Source: Candidatus Eiseniibacteriota bacterium
GTDB taxonomy: Bacteria > Eisenbacteria > RBG-16-71-46
DNA: 64,000 nt
Direction of reading: 5' to 3'
Assembly: GCA_963744995.1 (NCBI GenBank)
Contig: CAVUWA010000002.1
Location: 416,001-480,000 of the forward strand
Shown in pieces: positions 40,237 through 52,389 of the stretch. The first letter of the stretch is position 1. Each line of letters starts with the position of its first letter. A model generated the notes under the pieces. The model did not search any database. It was not told the DNA's origin and saw nothing but the letters and a program-made list of their open reading frames with translations. The position numbers and the translations under genes are program-made.

Positions 40237-40404
40237 ATGGCGTTACCGGAAGGGCTGCAATTCCTGAAACTCGGCTGGTGGCTGATCCACGCCGTCACGG
40301 TGTGGCTCGTGTACCTGTGGGGCTATCGCAACGGGCGCAGCGTCGAGCGGCGCATCCAGCGCGAGCGGCGGCCCCGGGTGGAGAAGACCCATGGCGGAGT
40401 CTGA
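40237..40404 (+). CDS. 55-aa single-pass membrane protein (absent from ORF track)
   Basis: GGAGAG RBS; MALPEGLQFLKLGWWLIHAVTVWLVYLWGYRNGRSVERRIQRERRPRVEKTHGGV; fills the gap and overlaps the next start. Confidence 0.75.
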   Translation: MALPEGLQFLKLGWWLIHAVTVWLVYLWGYRNGRSVERRIQRERRPRVEKTHGGV

Positions 40405-41167
40405 GCGCTTCAAGGATCGCGTGGTGCTGGTCACGGGGGCGAGCAGCGGCATCGGCCGCGCGTGCGCGGAGCGCTTCGCCGCCGAGGGCGCGAAGATCGT
40501 CGCCGGCGGCCGCCGGCGCGAGCGGCTCGACGCGCTCGCGGATGCGTTCGCGCGCTCGGGCGGCGAGACGCAGGTCGTCACCGGCGACGTGCGCGACGAA
40601 GCCGTGTGCCGCTCGTGGGTGCAGGCGGCGGTCGAGCGGTTCGGCCGGCTGGACGGGCTGGTGCAGGCTGCGGGCGTGATCGGCAACACCGGGGCACTCG
40701 ACACCGAGCCCGCGGAGTGGGACCGGATCATGGACTCCAACCTGCGCTCGCTGTATCTGATGACCCGCGCCGCGGCGCAGGCGCTGATCGCGTCGAAGGG
40801 CTCGATCGTCAACATCTCCTCGGTGGGAGGTCTCAGACCCTACGGCGGCATCACGCCGTACTGCGTGAGCAAGGCCGGCGTGGACATGCTGACGCGGTGC
40901 ACCGCGCTCGAATTCGCACCGCACGGCGTGCGGGTGAACGCGGTGAATCCAGGCGTGGTGCGCACCGAGCTGCACACGGTGACGAACGCCGTGCCGGAGT
41001 ACCAGGCGTTCCTCGAACGCTCGAAGGTGACGCACCCGATCGGTCGCTACGGGGAGGCGCCGGAAGTCGCGGCGCTGGTGGCGTTCCTCATGAGCGACGA
41101 GGCCGGCTGGATCACCGGCGGCACGTTCTCGATCGACGGCGGGCGGGCCCTGGCCAGCGCGCGCTGA
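40391..41167 (+). CDS. SDR family oxidoreductase
   Basis: TGASSGIG, NISS, YCVSK, VRVNAVNPG, IDGG. Confidence 0.95.
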   Translation: MAESERFKDRVVLVTGASSGIGRACAERFAAEGAKIVAGGRRRERLDALADAFARSGGETQVVTGDVRDEAVCRSWVQAAVERFGRLDGLVQAAGVIGNTGALDTEPAEWDRIMDSNLRSLYLMTRAAAQALIASKGSIVNISSVGGLRPYGGITPYCVSKAGVDMLTRCTALEFAPHGVRVNAVNPGVVRTELHTVTNAVPEYQAFLERSKVTHPIGRYGEAPEVAALVAFLMSDEAGWITGGTFSIDGGRALASAR

Positions 41168-41324
41168 GGGCGCGGGCCGGCAGCCGGCGGCCTCGAATCC
41201 GAAGCCGCGGCCCGGCAGGGCGAAAGCCGCCCGCCAGGGCGGCATCCGCGGGGCCGGGCGGTGCCGGCGGGGGCCCGCAGAACGACGTGGGGAAGGGCAC
41301 GGCCGCCGCCGATAACGACGGGGC

Positions 41325-42158
41325 ATGGCTCAGGTTCCCTTCGTCCCCAGTCCGGCCGGCGTCATCTTCGCCGCAGCGGCCGTCGTGATCGGCGCACCCC
41401 TGTTCGGGGCGGGCCTGCGCGCACTGCGACTCAGGCGCGCGCTGGCCCGGGTTCGCGATGCGCGGCTCGACGAGGCGGCGGACGGGATCGTCCGGACGCA
41501 CGGTCGGGTCGCGCTCGAGAGCCCCCTGTTCACGCCGCTCTCCGATCAGCGCTGCGCGGGGTTCCGGCTCGAGGCGCACGGCGTCGACGTGCCGGTGTCA
41601 CGTGCGATCGAGGACGTACGCCCGTTCCGTCTGATCGACGGCGGTGAAGTCGTTCATGTCGCCGCCGCGCGCGCGCACTGGGACATGCCGCAGACGGCCG
41701 AGCGCGTCCTCGCGCCCGATGAGCCGCTCGCCGAGCGGTTGCTGCACCTGCTGAGCGAGATGCCCGAGGCCGCGTGGCTCCGGCACAGTGGGCGCCGCAT
41801 CCGGCTGGTCGAACGCGCGCTGCTCTCGGGCGCGATGTGTCACGTGACGGGCGAATTCTGCCGGCATCCCCGGGTCGAATGGGCCGCTGAGGTCGAATAC
41901 GCGCGCACCGGTACGGACGATGCGCCGATTCCGGTCGCGACGCTCGTCGCGCAGGCCGGTGACGCGCCGTCCGCGCACATCGAGCCCCTCGCGCACACCG
42001 AGTTCATGGTCGTGAGTCACGAGACGCCGGCCGCAGACGCGGGCCTGCCGCCCGCGCGCAACCTCGCCGGTCTGCTGGCGGGTCCGCTGCTCGGTCTGCT
42101 GGGACTCCTCTATCTGGCGGCCGCCGCGGACTACTGGCGCGCCCTGCGGGCGTTCTGA
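41325..42158 (+). CDS. GIDE-like membrane protein (diverged paralogue of the next gene)
   Basis: N- and C-terminal TM segments; LFTPLSDQRC, PFRLIDG, RLVERALLSG align with the next gene. Confidence 0.65.
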   Translation: MAQVPFVPSPAGVIFAAAAVVIGAPLFGAGLRALRLRRALARVRDARLDEAADGIVRTHGRVALESPLFTPLSDQRCAGFRLEAHGVDVPVSRAIEDVRPFRLIDGGEVVHVAAARAHWDMPQTAERVLAPDEPLAERLLHLLSEMPEAAWLRHSGRRIRLVERALLSGAMCHVTGEFCRHPRVEWAAEVEYARTGTDDAPIPVATLVAQAGDAPSAHIEPLAHTEFMVVSHETPAADAGLPPARNLAGLLAGPLLGLLGLLYLAAAADYWRALRAF

Positions 42159-42167
42159 GGCCGGCCG

Positions 42168-42965
42168 ATGTACGAGATGCCGCTGTACGCCACGCTCGCC
42201 CTGCTGGGCGGTCTCTACCTGTTCTTCGTGGGCTTTCGCGACCTTCGCCGCCTGCGCCTGATCGAGAACACGCCGACCGCGCGCATCCGCTCCATGGCCA
42301 TGGGGCTCGTCGAGGTGAACGGTGCGATCGAGAGCCGCAGCAACGTGTTCGCCCCGTTCAGCAACCGGCCGTGCGCGTACTGGCAGGTCGAGATCGCGGT
42401 GCGCAACGGCCGCCGCAACAGCTGGTCGACGATCCACCGCAATGCTTCAGGGCAGCCGTTCTATCTGCGCGACGACACGGGGGTCGCGCTGGTGTACCCG
42501 CACGGCGCCGAGTGCAGCGTTCCCCACGCCGTCGAGGAAACTGCAAACGGTCTCATGATGCCCGACTGCTATTCCGATTACATGAAGGAACACGGGCTCT
42601 GGATGCGCTACGTCGCGGGGCTCTCGAGCTTCCGGTTCCGCGAACGGACGCTCGAAGGCGGGGAGCGGGTCTACGTGCTCGGCACGGCCATGCCGCGCGC
42701 CCAGGTGCTGACCGTGTCCGAGATCCAGCTCGCCGCGACCGGCACCGAGGACCTGCGCGCCGAGCGGATCCGCGACCGCGACCACGAGGTCCAGGCGACG
42801 ATCCGTCGCGGCGAGAACGAAAAGACGTTCCTGATCAGCCGCCAGTCCGAGCGGAGCCTGACGATTCAGCTGCGCTGGAAGGCCCCGCTCCATCTGGTGG
42901 GCGGTCCGATTCTGACGGTATTCGGCCTCGGCTGGTGGCTCGTGCACCTCGCCGCGGGCCACTGA
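42168..42965 (+). CDS. GIDE-domain membrane protein
   Basis: LIENTPTARIRSMAMGLVEVNG, APFSNRPCAYW, PFYLRDDTGVALVYP, RFRERTL..GERVYVLG, FLIS. Confidence 0.8.
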   Translation: MYEMPLYATLALLGGLYLFFVGFRDLRRLRLIENTPTARIRSMAMGLVEVNGAIESRSNVFAPFSNRPCAYWQVEIAVRNGRRNSWSTIHRNASGQPFYLRDDTGVALVYPHGAECSVPHAVEETANGLMMPDCYSDYMKEHGLWMRYVAGLSSFRFRERTLEGGERVYVLGTAMPRAQVLTVSEIQLAATGTEDLRAERIRDRDHEVQATIRRGENEKTFLISRQSERSLTIQLRWKAPLHLVGGPILTVFGLGWWLVHLAAGH

Positions 42966-43021
42966 TGGCAGCAGATCCCGCGGCCGCGCCGGCCGCCTGA
43001 CCCGGGCACGGGAGGTAAGAG

Positions 43022-43600
43022 ATGCACATCGGAGAAATCGTAGTCACCGCGCTGATCGGCTTCGCGCTCATCGGTGCGATCGGCTACTTCCTGACGATCT
43101 ACAACGGCCTGATTGCGATGAAGAACAACATCGGCAGGTCGTGGGCCAACATCGACGTGCTGCTCAAGCAGCGTCACGACGAGCTGCCGAAGCTGGTGAA
43201 GACCTGCGAGGCCTACATGCAGCACGAGCGCGCCGTCTTCGACAAGCTGAGCGAGGCGCGCGGCGCGGTCATGCAGGCCAGGACCGTCGGCGAGCGCGGC
43301 GCGGCCGAGAACATGCTGACCCGGGCGCTCGGCCAGTTCTTCGCGGTGGCCGAGGCCTACCCGGACCTCAAGGCCAACCAGTCGTTTTTATCCCTTCAGA
43401 ATCGGATCACGGAGATCGAAAACAACATTGCGGACCGGCGCGAGTTCTACAACGACACCGTGACGGTCTTCAATACGCGGATTCTGCAGATCCCGGACGT
43501 GTTCGTGGCCAACTGGCTGAACTTCACGGCCGAGGAGCTGTTCAAGATCGATCCCGCGGACCGCAAGGACGTGGAGATCCAGTTCGCGCAGGCGAGCTAG
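43022..43600 (+). CDS. lemA: LemA family protein
   Basis: IYNGL, WANIDVLLKQRHD, VAEAYPDLKAN, RREFYND, PDVFVA. Confidence 0.95.
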   Translation: MHIGEIVVTALIGFALIGAIGYFLTIYNGLIAMKNNIGRSWANIDVLLKQRHDELPKLVKTCEAYMQHERAVFDKLSEARGAVMQARTVGERGAAENMLTRALGQFFAVAEAYPDLKANQSFLSLQNRITEIENNIADRREFYNDTVTVFNTRILQIPDVFVANWLNFTAEELFKIDPADRKDVEIQFAQAS

Positions 43601-43741
43601 ACGATCTTAGGCACCGGCAGGCTCCACCGCAGGGACGCGGTGAATCCGGTGTTTCGCGAGGCTGGGGCACGGGCTGCGCCGCTCGCGTCGCTCAGGCGAC
43701 GTCGGCGGTGGCGGCTGCGGCCAGCGGCTCGCATCGTGAAC

Positions 43742-43765
43742 GCCCCCGGCAGGGCTGCCGGGGGC
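43742..43765. terminator. Hairpin between convergent lemA and lon, probable intrinsic terminator
   Basis: GCCCCCGGCAG-GG-CTGCCGGGGGC followed by TTCGCGTTTT. Confidence 0.6.
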
Positions 43766-43829
43766 TTCGCGTTTTCGGGTCGGGCGGCCGCACGAGGATC
43801 CGTTCGATCCCCGCGTATCGCGCCGCTCC

Positions 43830-46313
<2,484 letters not shown>

Positions 46314-46346
46314 CGATGGCTCCCGATCCGCGCGGGGCGGATCCGG

Positions 46347-46796
46347 CTAGGGTGTCTCGTGCTCTTCGACCGGGACCTCGCGCCGCGCCGGCGCGGGTTT
46401 CGGCGCCAGCTCGATCTCGAGCATGCCGCCCCTGAACTGCGCGTTCACCCGCTCGGGATCGGCGGCCCAGGGCAGCTCGATCACGCGGCGGAAGTCGCCG
46501 AAGTAGATCTCGGCCCGGTGGTAGTGTGCCTCCGCGGGCTCGACCGGCGGCTGGCGCCGCCCGCTGACTTCGAGCTTCCGCCCGCGCAGCGTGACCCGCA
46601 CACTCGACTGCGGCACGCCCGCCAGTTCGATCATGATCCGCGCGCTCTCGGGCGACACCACGAGGTCCGCCGCGGGCGACCACGGCGCCTCGGCGAAGTG
46701 CGCGGAAGGATGACGGTGATAAACGAGGTCGTGGAACAGGCGCTCGACCTCGCGCTGCATGTGACCGAAGGGATCGTCGTCTTGCCTGGACATCAT
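46347..46796 (-). CDS. Hsp20/alpha-crystallin small heat-shock protein
   Basis: WSPAADL, ELAGV, YHRAEIYFGDFRRVIELP, AQFRGGMLEIEL. Confidence 0.92.
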   Translation of the reverse strand: MMSRQDDDPFGHMQREVERLFHDLVYHRHPSAHFAEAPWSPAADLVVSPESARIMIELAGVPQSSVRVTLRGRKLEVSGRRQPPVEPAEAHYHRAEIYFGDFRRVIELPWAADPERVNAQFRGGMLEIELAPKPAPARREVPVEEHETP

Positions 46797-46891
46797 GGAC
46801 TCCGGAGCGGCTCCGAGACGTGCCGTGAGCCTAACGGAGCCCTCCGGGCCCGGCAAACGCGGTACTCCGGAGCGTGCGGAGCCGGGGGGAC

Positions 46892-47074
46892 TCAGTAGCT
46901 CTGCGTCCAGGTATGGATGCGACCGGTGACCTTGAGATTCTGCAGCCGCACGGTCTCGAGAAACGCGCCGGTGTTGGGCCAGCTGTGCTTGCCGCACGAG
47001 CAGACGATGCGGCCATTGGGCTTCTCGATGACGTTGCAGGCCTTACCGTCGTGTTCCTTGCAGAACGGACACAT
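46892..47074 (-). CDS. 60-aa Cys/His-rich putative zinc-binding protein
   Basis: AAGGAG RBS 7 nt upstream; MCPFCKEHDGKAC...VCSCGKHSWP. Confidence 0.7.
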   Translation of the reverse strand: MCPFCKEHDGKACNVIEKPNGRIVCSCGKHSWPNTGAFLETVRLQNLKVTGRIHTWTQSY

Positions 47075-47174
47075 CGATGGGCTCCTTGGCAGACGGGGGC
47101 GCCGAGCGTAGCGCGGCGCGCGGGCTGCGGCAAACGGGCACCCACGGCGCAACCGCCGCCTGTCGCGCCCGCCC

Positions 47175-48523
<1,349 letters not shown>

Positions 48524-48527
<4 letters not shown>

Positions 48528-48847
48528 GCGCGGCCCTGCTTCTCGAGCTCCTTCTCGATCATGGCGCGTACGGCCATCGCGTTGGCGAAGCCGAGCGTCG
48601 TGATCGCGAGCAGACCGACGTGGCGGATCGCATCCACACTGGCGCCGGCTTCGAGCGCGCGGCGCACGTGCGCGTGAATCGCGCCCTCGCTGCGCGTGCC
48701 GGCGGCGAGACCGAGCTTGATCAGCTGCGCCTCGACGTCAGTCAGCGGACCGGCCCGCCTGACCGCTTCGCCGAGGGCCTCGTAGGACGCGATCACGTCC
48801 GGGTGCGCGGTGCGCAGGGCTTCATAGAATCCGGGTCGTTTCGACAT
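48524..48847 (-). CDS. Carboxymuconolactone decarboxylase (CMD/AhpD-like) family protein
   Basis: AGPLTDVEAQLIKLG, EGAIHAHVRRALEAGAS, TTLGFANA; GAGG RBS. Confidence 0.88.
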
Positions 48848-48896
48848 GTGATCCTCGCGGGGGCCATGGGCGTTCGTGGGCGCGGCTGAGCGTATC

Positions 48897-49793
48897 ATGA
48901 AGCCGATGCGGTCCATGACGGCGGACATGGGGAATGCGTGGCGCGCGGGCGCGCGGGCGGAATGGCTCGCGGCCTGGCGGGTGCGCGAGGTGCCGGCGGC
49001 GGCGGGCGTCCTGACGTGTGTGGATGCCGGCACGGGCCCGCCGCTCGTGCTGCTGCCGCCGCTGCCCGGATTCAAGGAGGCATTCGCGCCTTGCGCGCAC
49101 CTGCTCGTACGCACGTTCCGGGTGATCGCTCCCGATCTGCGCGCGCGCTTTCCGGGCGGCCTCGCGCAGTCGGCGCGCTGGTCGCTGCTGGTGCGCGACC
49201 TCGAACACCTCTGTGACGCGCTCGGGCTCGAACGCGTGGCAGTGGCCGGCCACTCGCTCGGCGGCGCGCTCGCCCAGCACTGGGCGCTCGAGCGGCCGGA
49301 CCGGATTCGGGCGCTGGTGCTGTCGAGCGCGTTCGCGCGGGTGACGACGCCGCGCGGTGCGCGCCTCGCGCGCTACGTCGAGCAGCCCCTGGTGATCGGC
49401 TCACAACGCCTGCTGCCGCGCGGCGCCGCGCTGGCGATCGCGCGCCGGCTGGCGCCGCGGGGCGGCTGGGTCTACGACCCGCTCTGCGACCGGCCCGTGC
49501 TGGAGCTGGTGCGCGCCGCGATCCGCGCGTGCCCGGTGCGGCTCGCGGCGGGACGCGTCACCCTGGCCCTCGCGCACGACACGCATACGCGGCTCGCCGC
49601 GCTGCGCCCGCCCGTCCGCCTGCTGGTGGGGGAGCGCGACACGGCGTTCGCACGCGCGGCCGCGCAGGCGCTCGTCCGGAGTCTGCCGGCCGCGAAGATC
49701 GAAGTCTCGCCCGGCGCCGGTCATCTGCACCCGCTCTCCCGGCCCGCCTGGTTCGCCGGGCGGATCGCGGCGTTCGCGGCCGCCCACCCGTGA
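48897..49793 (+). CDS. Alpha/beta fold hydrolase
   Basis: GTGPPLVLL, GHSLGG nucleophile elbow, GERD, GAGHL; start uncertain (48897, 48915 or later). Confidence 0.88.
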   Translation: MKPMRSMTADMGNAWRAGARAEWLAAWRVREVPAAAGVLTCVDAGTGPPLVLLPPLPGFKEAFAPCAHLLVRTFRVIAPDLRARFPGGLAQSARWSLLVRDLEHLCDALGLERVAVAGHSLGGALAQHWALERPDRIRALVLSSAFARVTTPRGARLARYVEQPLVIGSQRLLPRGAALAIARRLAPRGGWVYDPLCDRPVLELVRAAIRACPVRLAAGRVTLALAHDTHTRLAALRPPVRLLVGERDTAFARAAAQALVRSLPAAKIEVSPGAGHLHPLSRPAWFAGRIAAFAAAHP

Positions 49794-49828
49794 CCGCGCG
49801 GTCGCGGGCGTGATAGCGTCGCGCGCCC

Positions 49829-51094
49829 ATGTCCACCGCCCTCACGGCCATTTCGTTCCGCTTCCGCGCGCTCAAACACCGCAATTTCAGACTGTTCTGG
49901 AACGGACAGCTGATCTCGCTGGCGGGCACGTGGATGCAGAGCGTCGCGCAGCTCTGGCTGATGCACCGCCTGAGTCACTCCGCGTTCATGCTCGGCCTGC
50001 TGACCTTCATGCAGTTCGTGCCGGTGCTGGCGTTCTCGCTCTGGGCGGGCGTGATCGCCGACCGCGTCGACAAGCGCCGCTTCCTGATCGTGACGCAGAC
50101 GGCGGCGATGGTGCAGGCGGTGATTCTCGCCACGCTGACGTCGTTCGGGATCATCACGCCGTCGATGCTGCTCGCGCTCGCGCTGGCGTTCGGGATCATC
50201 AACGCTTTCGATCTGCCGGCGCGGCAGGCGTTCGTGTTCGACCTGGTCGGCAAGGACGACCTGCCGAACGCGATCGCGCTCAACTCCGCCGCCTTCAACA
50301 CCGCACGCATCTTCGGCCCGGCGGTGGCCGGCATCATCGTCGCGCTCGGCAACGAGGCCTGGTGCTTCTGGATCAATGCGATCACGTTCATCGCGGTGAT
50401 CTGGAGCCTGCATCGCATCGAACCGGGCCCGCGCCCGGCGCCCGCCGGAGATTCGGGCGTCTTCGAGCGCATGGCCGAGGGGCTCGCGTACGTCCGCCGC
50501 GTGCCGTCGATCCGCAACCTGCTCGTGCTGCTCGGCATTGCCGGCGGGCTGGGGTTCCAGTACATGGTGCTGCTGCCGATCTATGCGAGCGACATCCTGC
50601 ACGCCGGCGCCGAGGCATACGGCCTGCTGGTGACGTCGTTCGGCGTTGGCTCGCTGATCGCCGCGGGGTGGATGACGCGGCAGCTGGACCGCTGGGGCCT
50701 GCGCCGCAACCTGCTGATCGGGCTGTCGAGCGCAGCGATCGGCCTCGGCCTGTTCGCCTGGTCGCGGACGCTGGCGCTCTCGCTCGGCATGGGTCTCGCG
50801 ACGGGCTTCGGCCTGATCCTCTACGTCGCGAGCACGAACACCCTGTTGCAGCTCACGACCGAAGATCACTTCCGCGGCCGCGTCATGAGTTTCTACACGC
50901 TCATGGTGATCGGCACCGCGCCGATAGGCGCGATCCTCTCCGGCAGCCTCGCCCAGTGGTTCGGCGCGCCGGTGGCGACGAGCGTGTCCGCCTTCGTTCT
51001 GCTCGGCGCCGCGACGTGGATCTTCTTCCGTCTGCGCGTGCTCGCCGCGCGCGAGGCCGCGCAGCCGACCGAGCCGGTCTGGGGCGAACGCTAG
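49829..51094 (+). CDS. MFS transporter (MFS_3-like)
   Basis: RALKHRNFRLFWNGQLIS, GVIADRVDKRR, FDLPARQAF, NAIALNS, RGRVMSFY; about 12 TM segments. Confidence 0.93.
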   Translation: MSTALTAISFRFRALKHRNFRLFWNGQLISLAGTWMQSVAQLWLMHRLSHSAFMLGLLTFMQFVPVLAFSLWAGVIADRVDKRRFLIVTQTAAMVQAVILATLTSFGIITPSMLLALALAFGIINAFDLPARQAFVFDLVGKDDLPNAIALNSAAFNTARIFGPAVAGIIVALGNEAWCFWINAITFIAVIWSLHRIEPGPRPAPAGDSGVFERMAEGLAYVRRVPSIRNLLVLLGIAGGLGFQYMVLLPIYASDILHAGAEAYGLLVTSFGVGSLIAAGWMTRQLDRWGLRRNLLIGLSSAAIGLGLFAWSRTLALSLGMGLATGFGLILYVASTNTLLQLTTEDHFRGRVMSFYTLMVIGTAPIGAILSGSLAQWFGAPVATSVSAFVLLGAATWIFFRLRVLAAREAAQPTEPVWGER

Positions 51095-51119
51095 CCCGTG
51101 CTCCGGCGGCCGCCGGCGT

Positions 51120-52193
51120 TCACGCGAAGCGTTCGGCGCCGCTCTCGCGCCCTGCCGCCGCGCGCGGGCGCAGCGCGGCGAACTCGCGTTCGAACAGCGC
51201 GCGCGTCCCGCGATCGCTGCGCACCCTGAGCAGCGCCTGGAATGCCAGGCCCCAGAGCGCGTGGCGCGGCAGGCGCGGGCGCCGCGGGCCCCACGGGAAG
51301 CCGGGCTCGGACCGGGTCGCGCGCAGCGAGCCGAGCGCCCACAGGGAGGGCCAGACGCAGAACAGCCGGTAGCGCGCGAAACGGGCGGGGAAGAGCGTGA
51401 CGTAGTCCGGCACGCGCTGGAGCGCGGCCATGGCCAGAGACTCGAGGCGCGCCGCGATCGCGCGCACGCCGGGCCGCTCGGCGCCGGTCAGCTCGTGCGG
51501 GGCGAGCCCGTGCGCCGCGAGCCATTCCGCCGGCAGGTGGCAGCGGCCGCGGCGCAGGTCCACCGGCCAGTCGAGCAGGATGTTGGTGAGCTGCAGCGCT
51601 TCGCCGACCACCGGCGCCAGCGCCATGCGCTGCGCCTCCGTCGCCCGGTCCGCCGGCGCCCGCAGGCGCGCGAGCCGGGTGAGCATCTCGCCGACGCAGC
51701 CGGCGACCACGTAACAGTACTCGTGCAGCTCGGCTTCCGTATCGAGGTAGGGCGCGTCCGGAGCGCGTGCCGCCGCGCGCGCCGCGAAGCGCCGCATTCC
51801 GGTCGCCATGGTGCGCACCGCGTCCTCGAGCGGCGCGCGCACGGGCCCGGGCAGCGAGCGGTAGGCGCGCCACACGTGCGGATAGTGCGCGACGAGCCGC
51901 AGGTCCTCGCGCCCGCCCTTCACCCCGCCCGCTTCGCGGGCGATGCGCTCCGCCGCCTCCGCATCGCCGCCGATGGCGCGCAACATGACGTCGAAGCGCG
52001 TCTCGATGTCGGCCGCCCGCCCGGGCCAGGAGTCCTCCAGCGTGTCGGCCGCACGGCACATGAGGTAGCCGATCCGCACCGCATCGCCGAAATCACCGGT
52101 GAGCAGCCGGATGTTGAGCGCGAACGTGCGCGACACGTGCGGCAGGACCTCGCGGCAGTAGCGGAGGTCGGCTTCACTGGCGATCACGGTCAT
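51120..52193 (-). CDS. Squalene/phytoene synthase family protein
   Basis: VSRTFALNI, YLMCRAADTLED, YCYVVAGCVG, LQLTNILLD, GRCHLP. Confidence 0.92.
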   Translation of the reverse strand: MTVIASEADLRYCREVLPHVSRTFALNIRLLTGDFGDAVRIGYLMCRAADTLEDSWPGRAADIETRFDVMLRAIGGDAEAAERIAREAGGVKGGREDLRLVAHYPHVWRAYRSLPGPVRAPLEDAVRTMATGMRRFAARAAARAPDAPYLDTEAELHEYCYVVAGCVGEMLTRLARLRAPADRATEAQRMALAPVVGEALQLTNILLDWPVDLRRGRCHLPAEWLAAHGLAPHELTGAERPGVRAIAARLESLAMAALQRVPDYVTLFPARFARYRLFCVWPSLWALGSLRATRSEPGFPWGPRRPRLPRHALWGLAFQALLRVRSDRGTRALFEREFAALRPRAAAGRESGAERFA

Positions 52194-52389
52194 GGCGCGT
52201 GAGCCTAGCCCGATCCTTTCACGAGCCGCCAGCGGCGAATCGGGGCGGCCGTGCCGGATCGGGCTTTTCGCAACGCCAGGGCCGCCGGGGGCGCCCCCCC
52301 GGGGCCGCGGTTTCGGCCTGCGATTTTCCCCGCGCAATGCCGCTCAAAATCCGGCACGATGACGCCGAAAACGAAGGGGAAGGATCCCC

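Noticed and set aside
41168..41324. GC-rich hairpins with GAAA loops here and near 35640 and 36421 as a repeat family or ncRNA
   Set aside because: No shared sequence beyond the loop; expected by chance at this GC content
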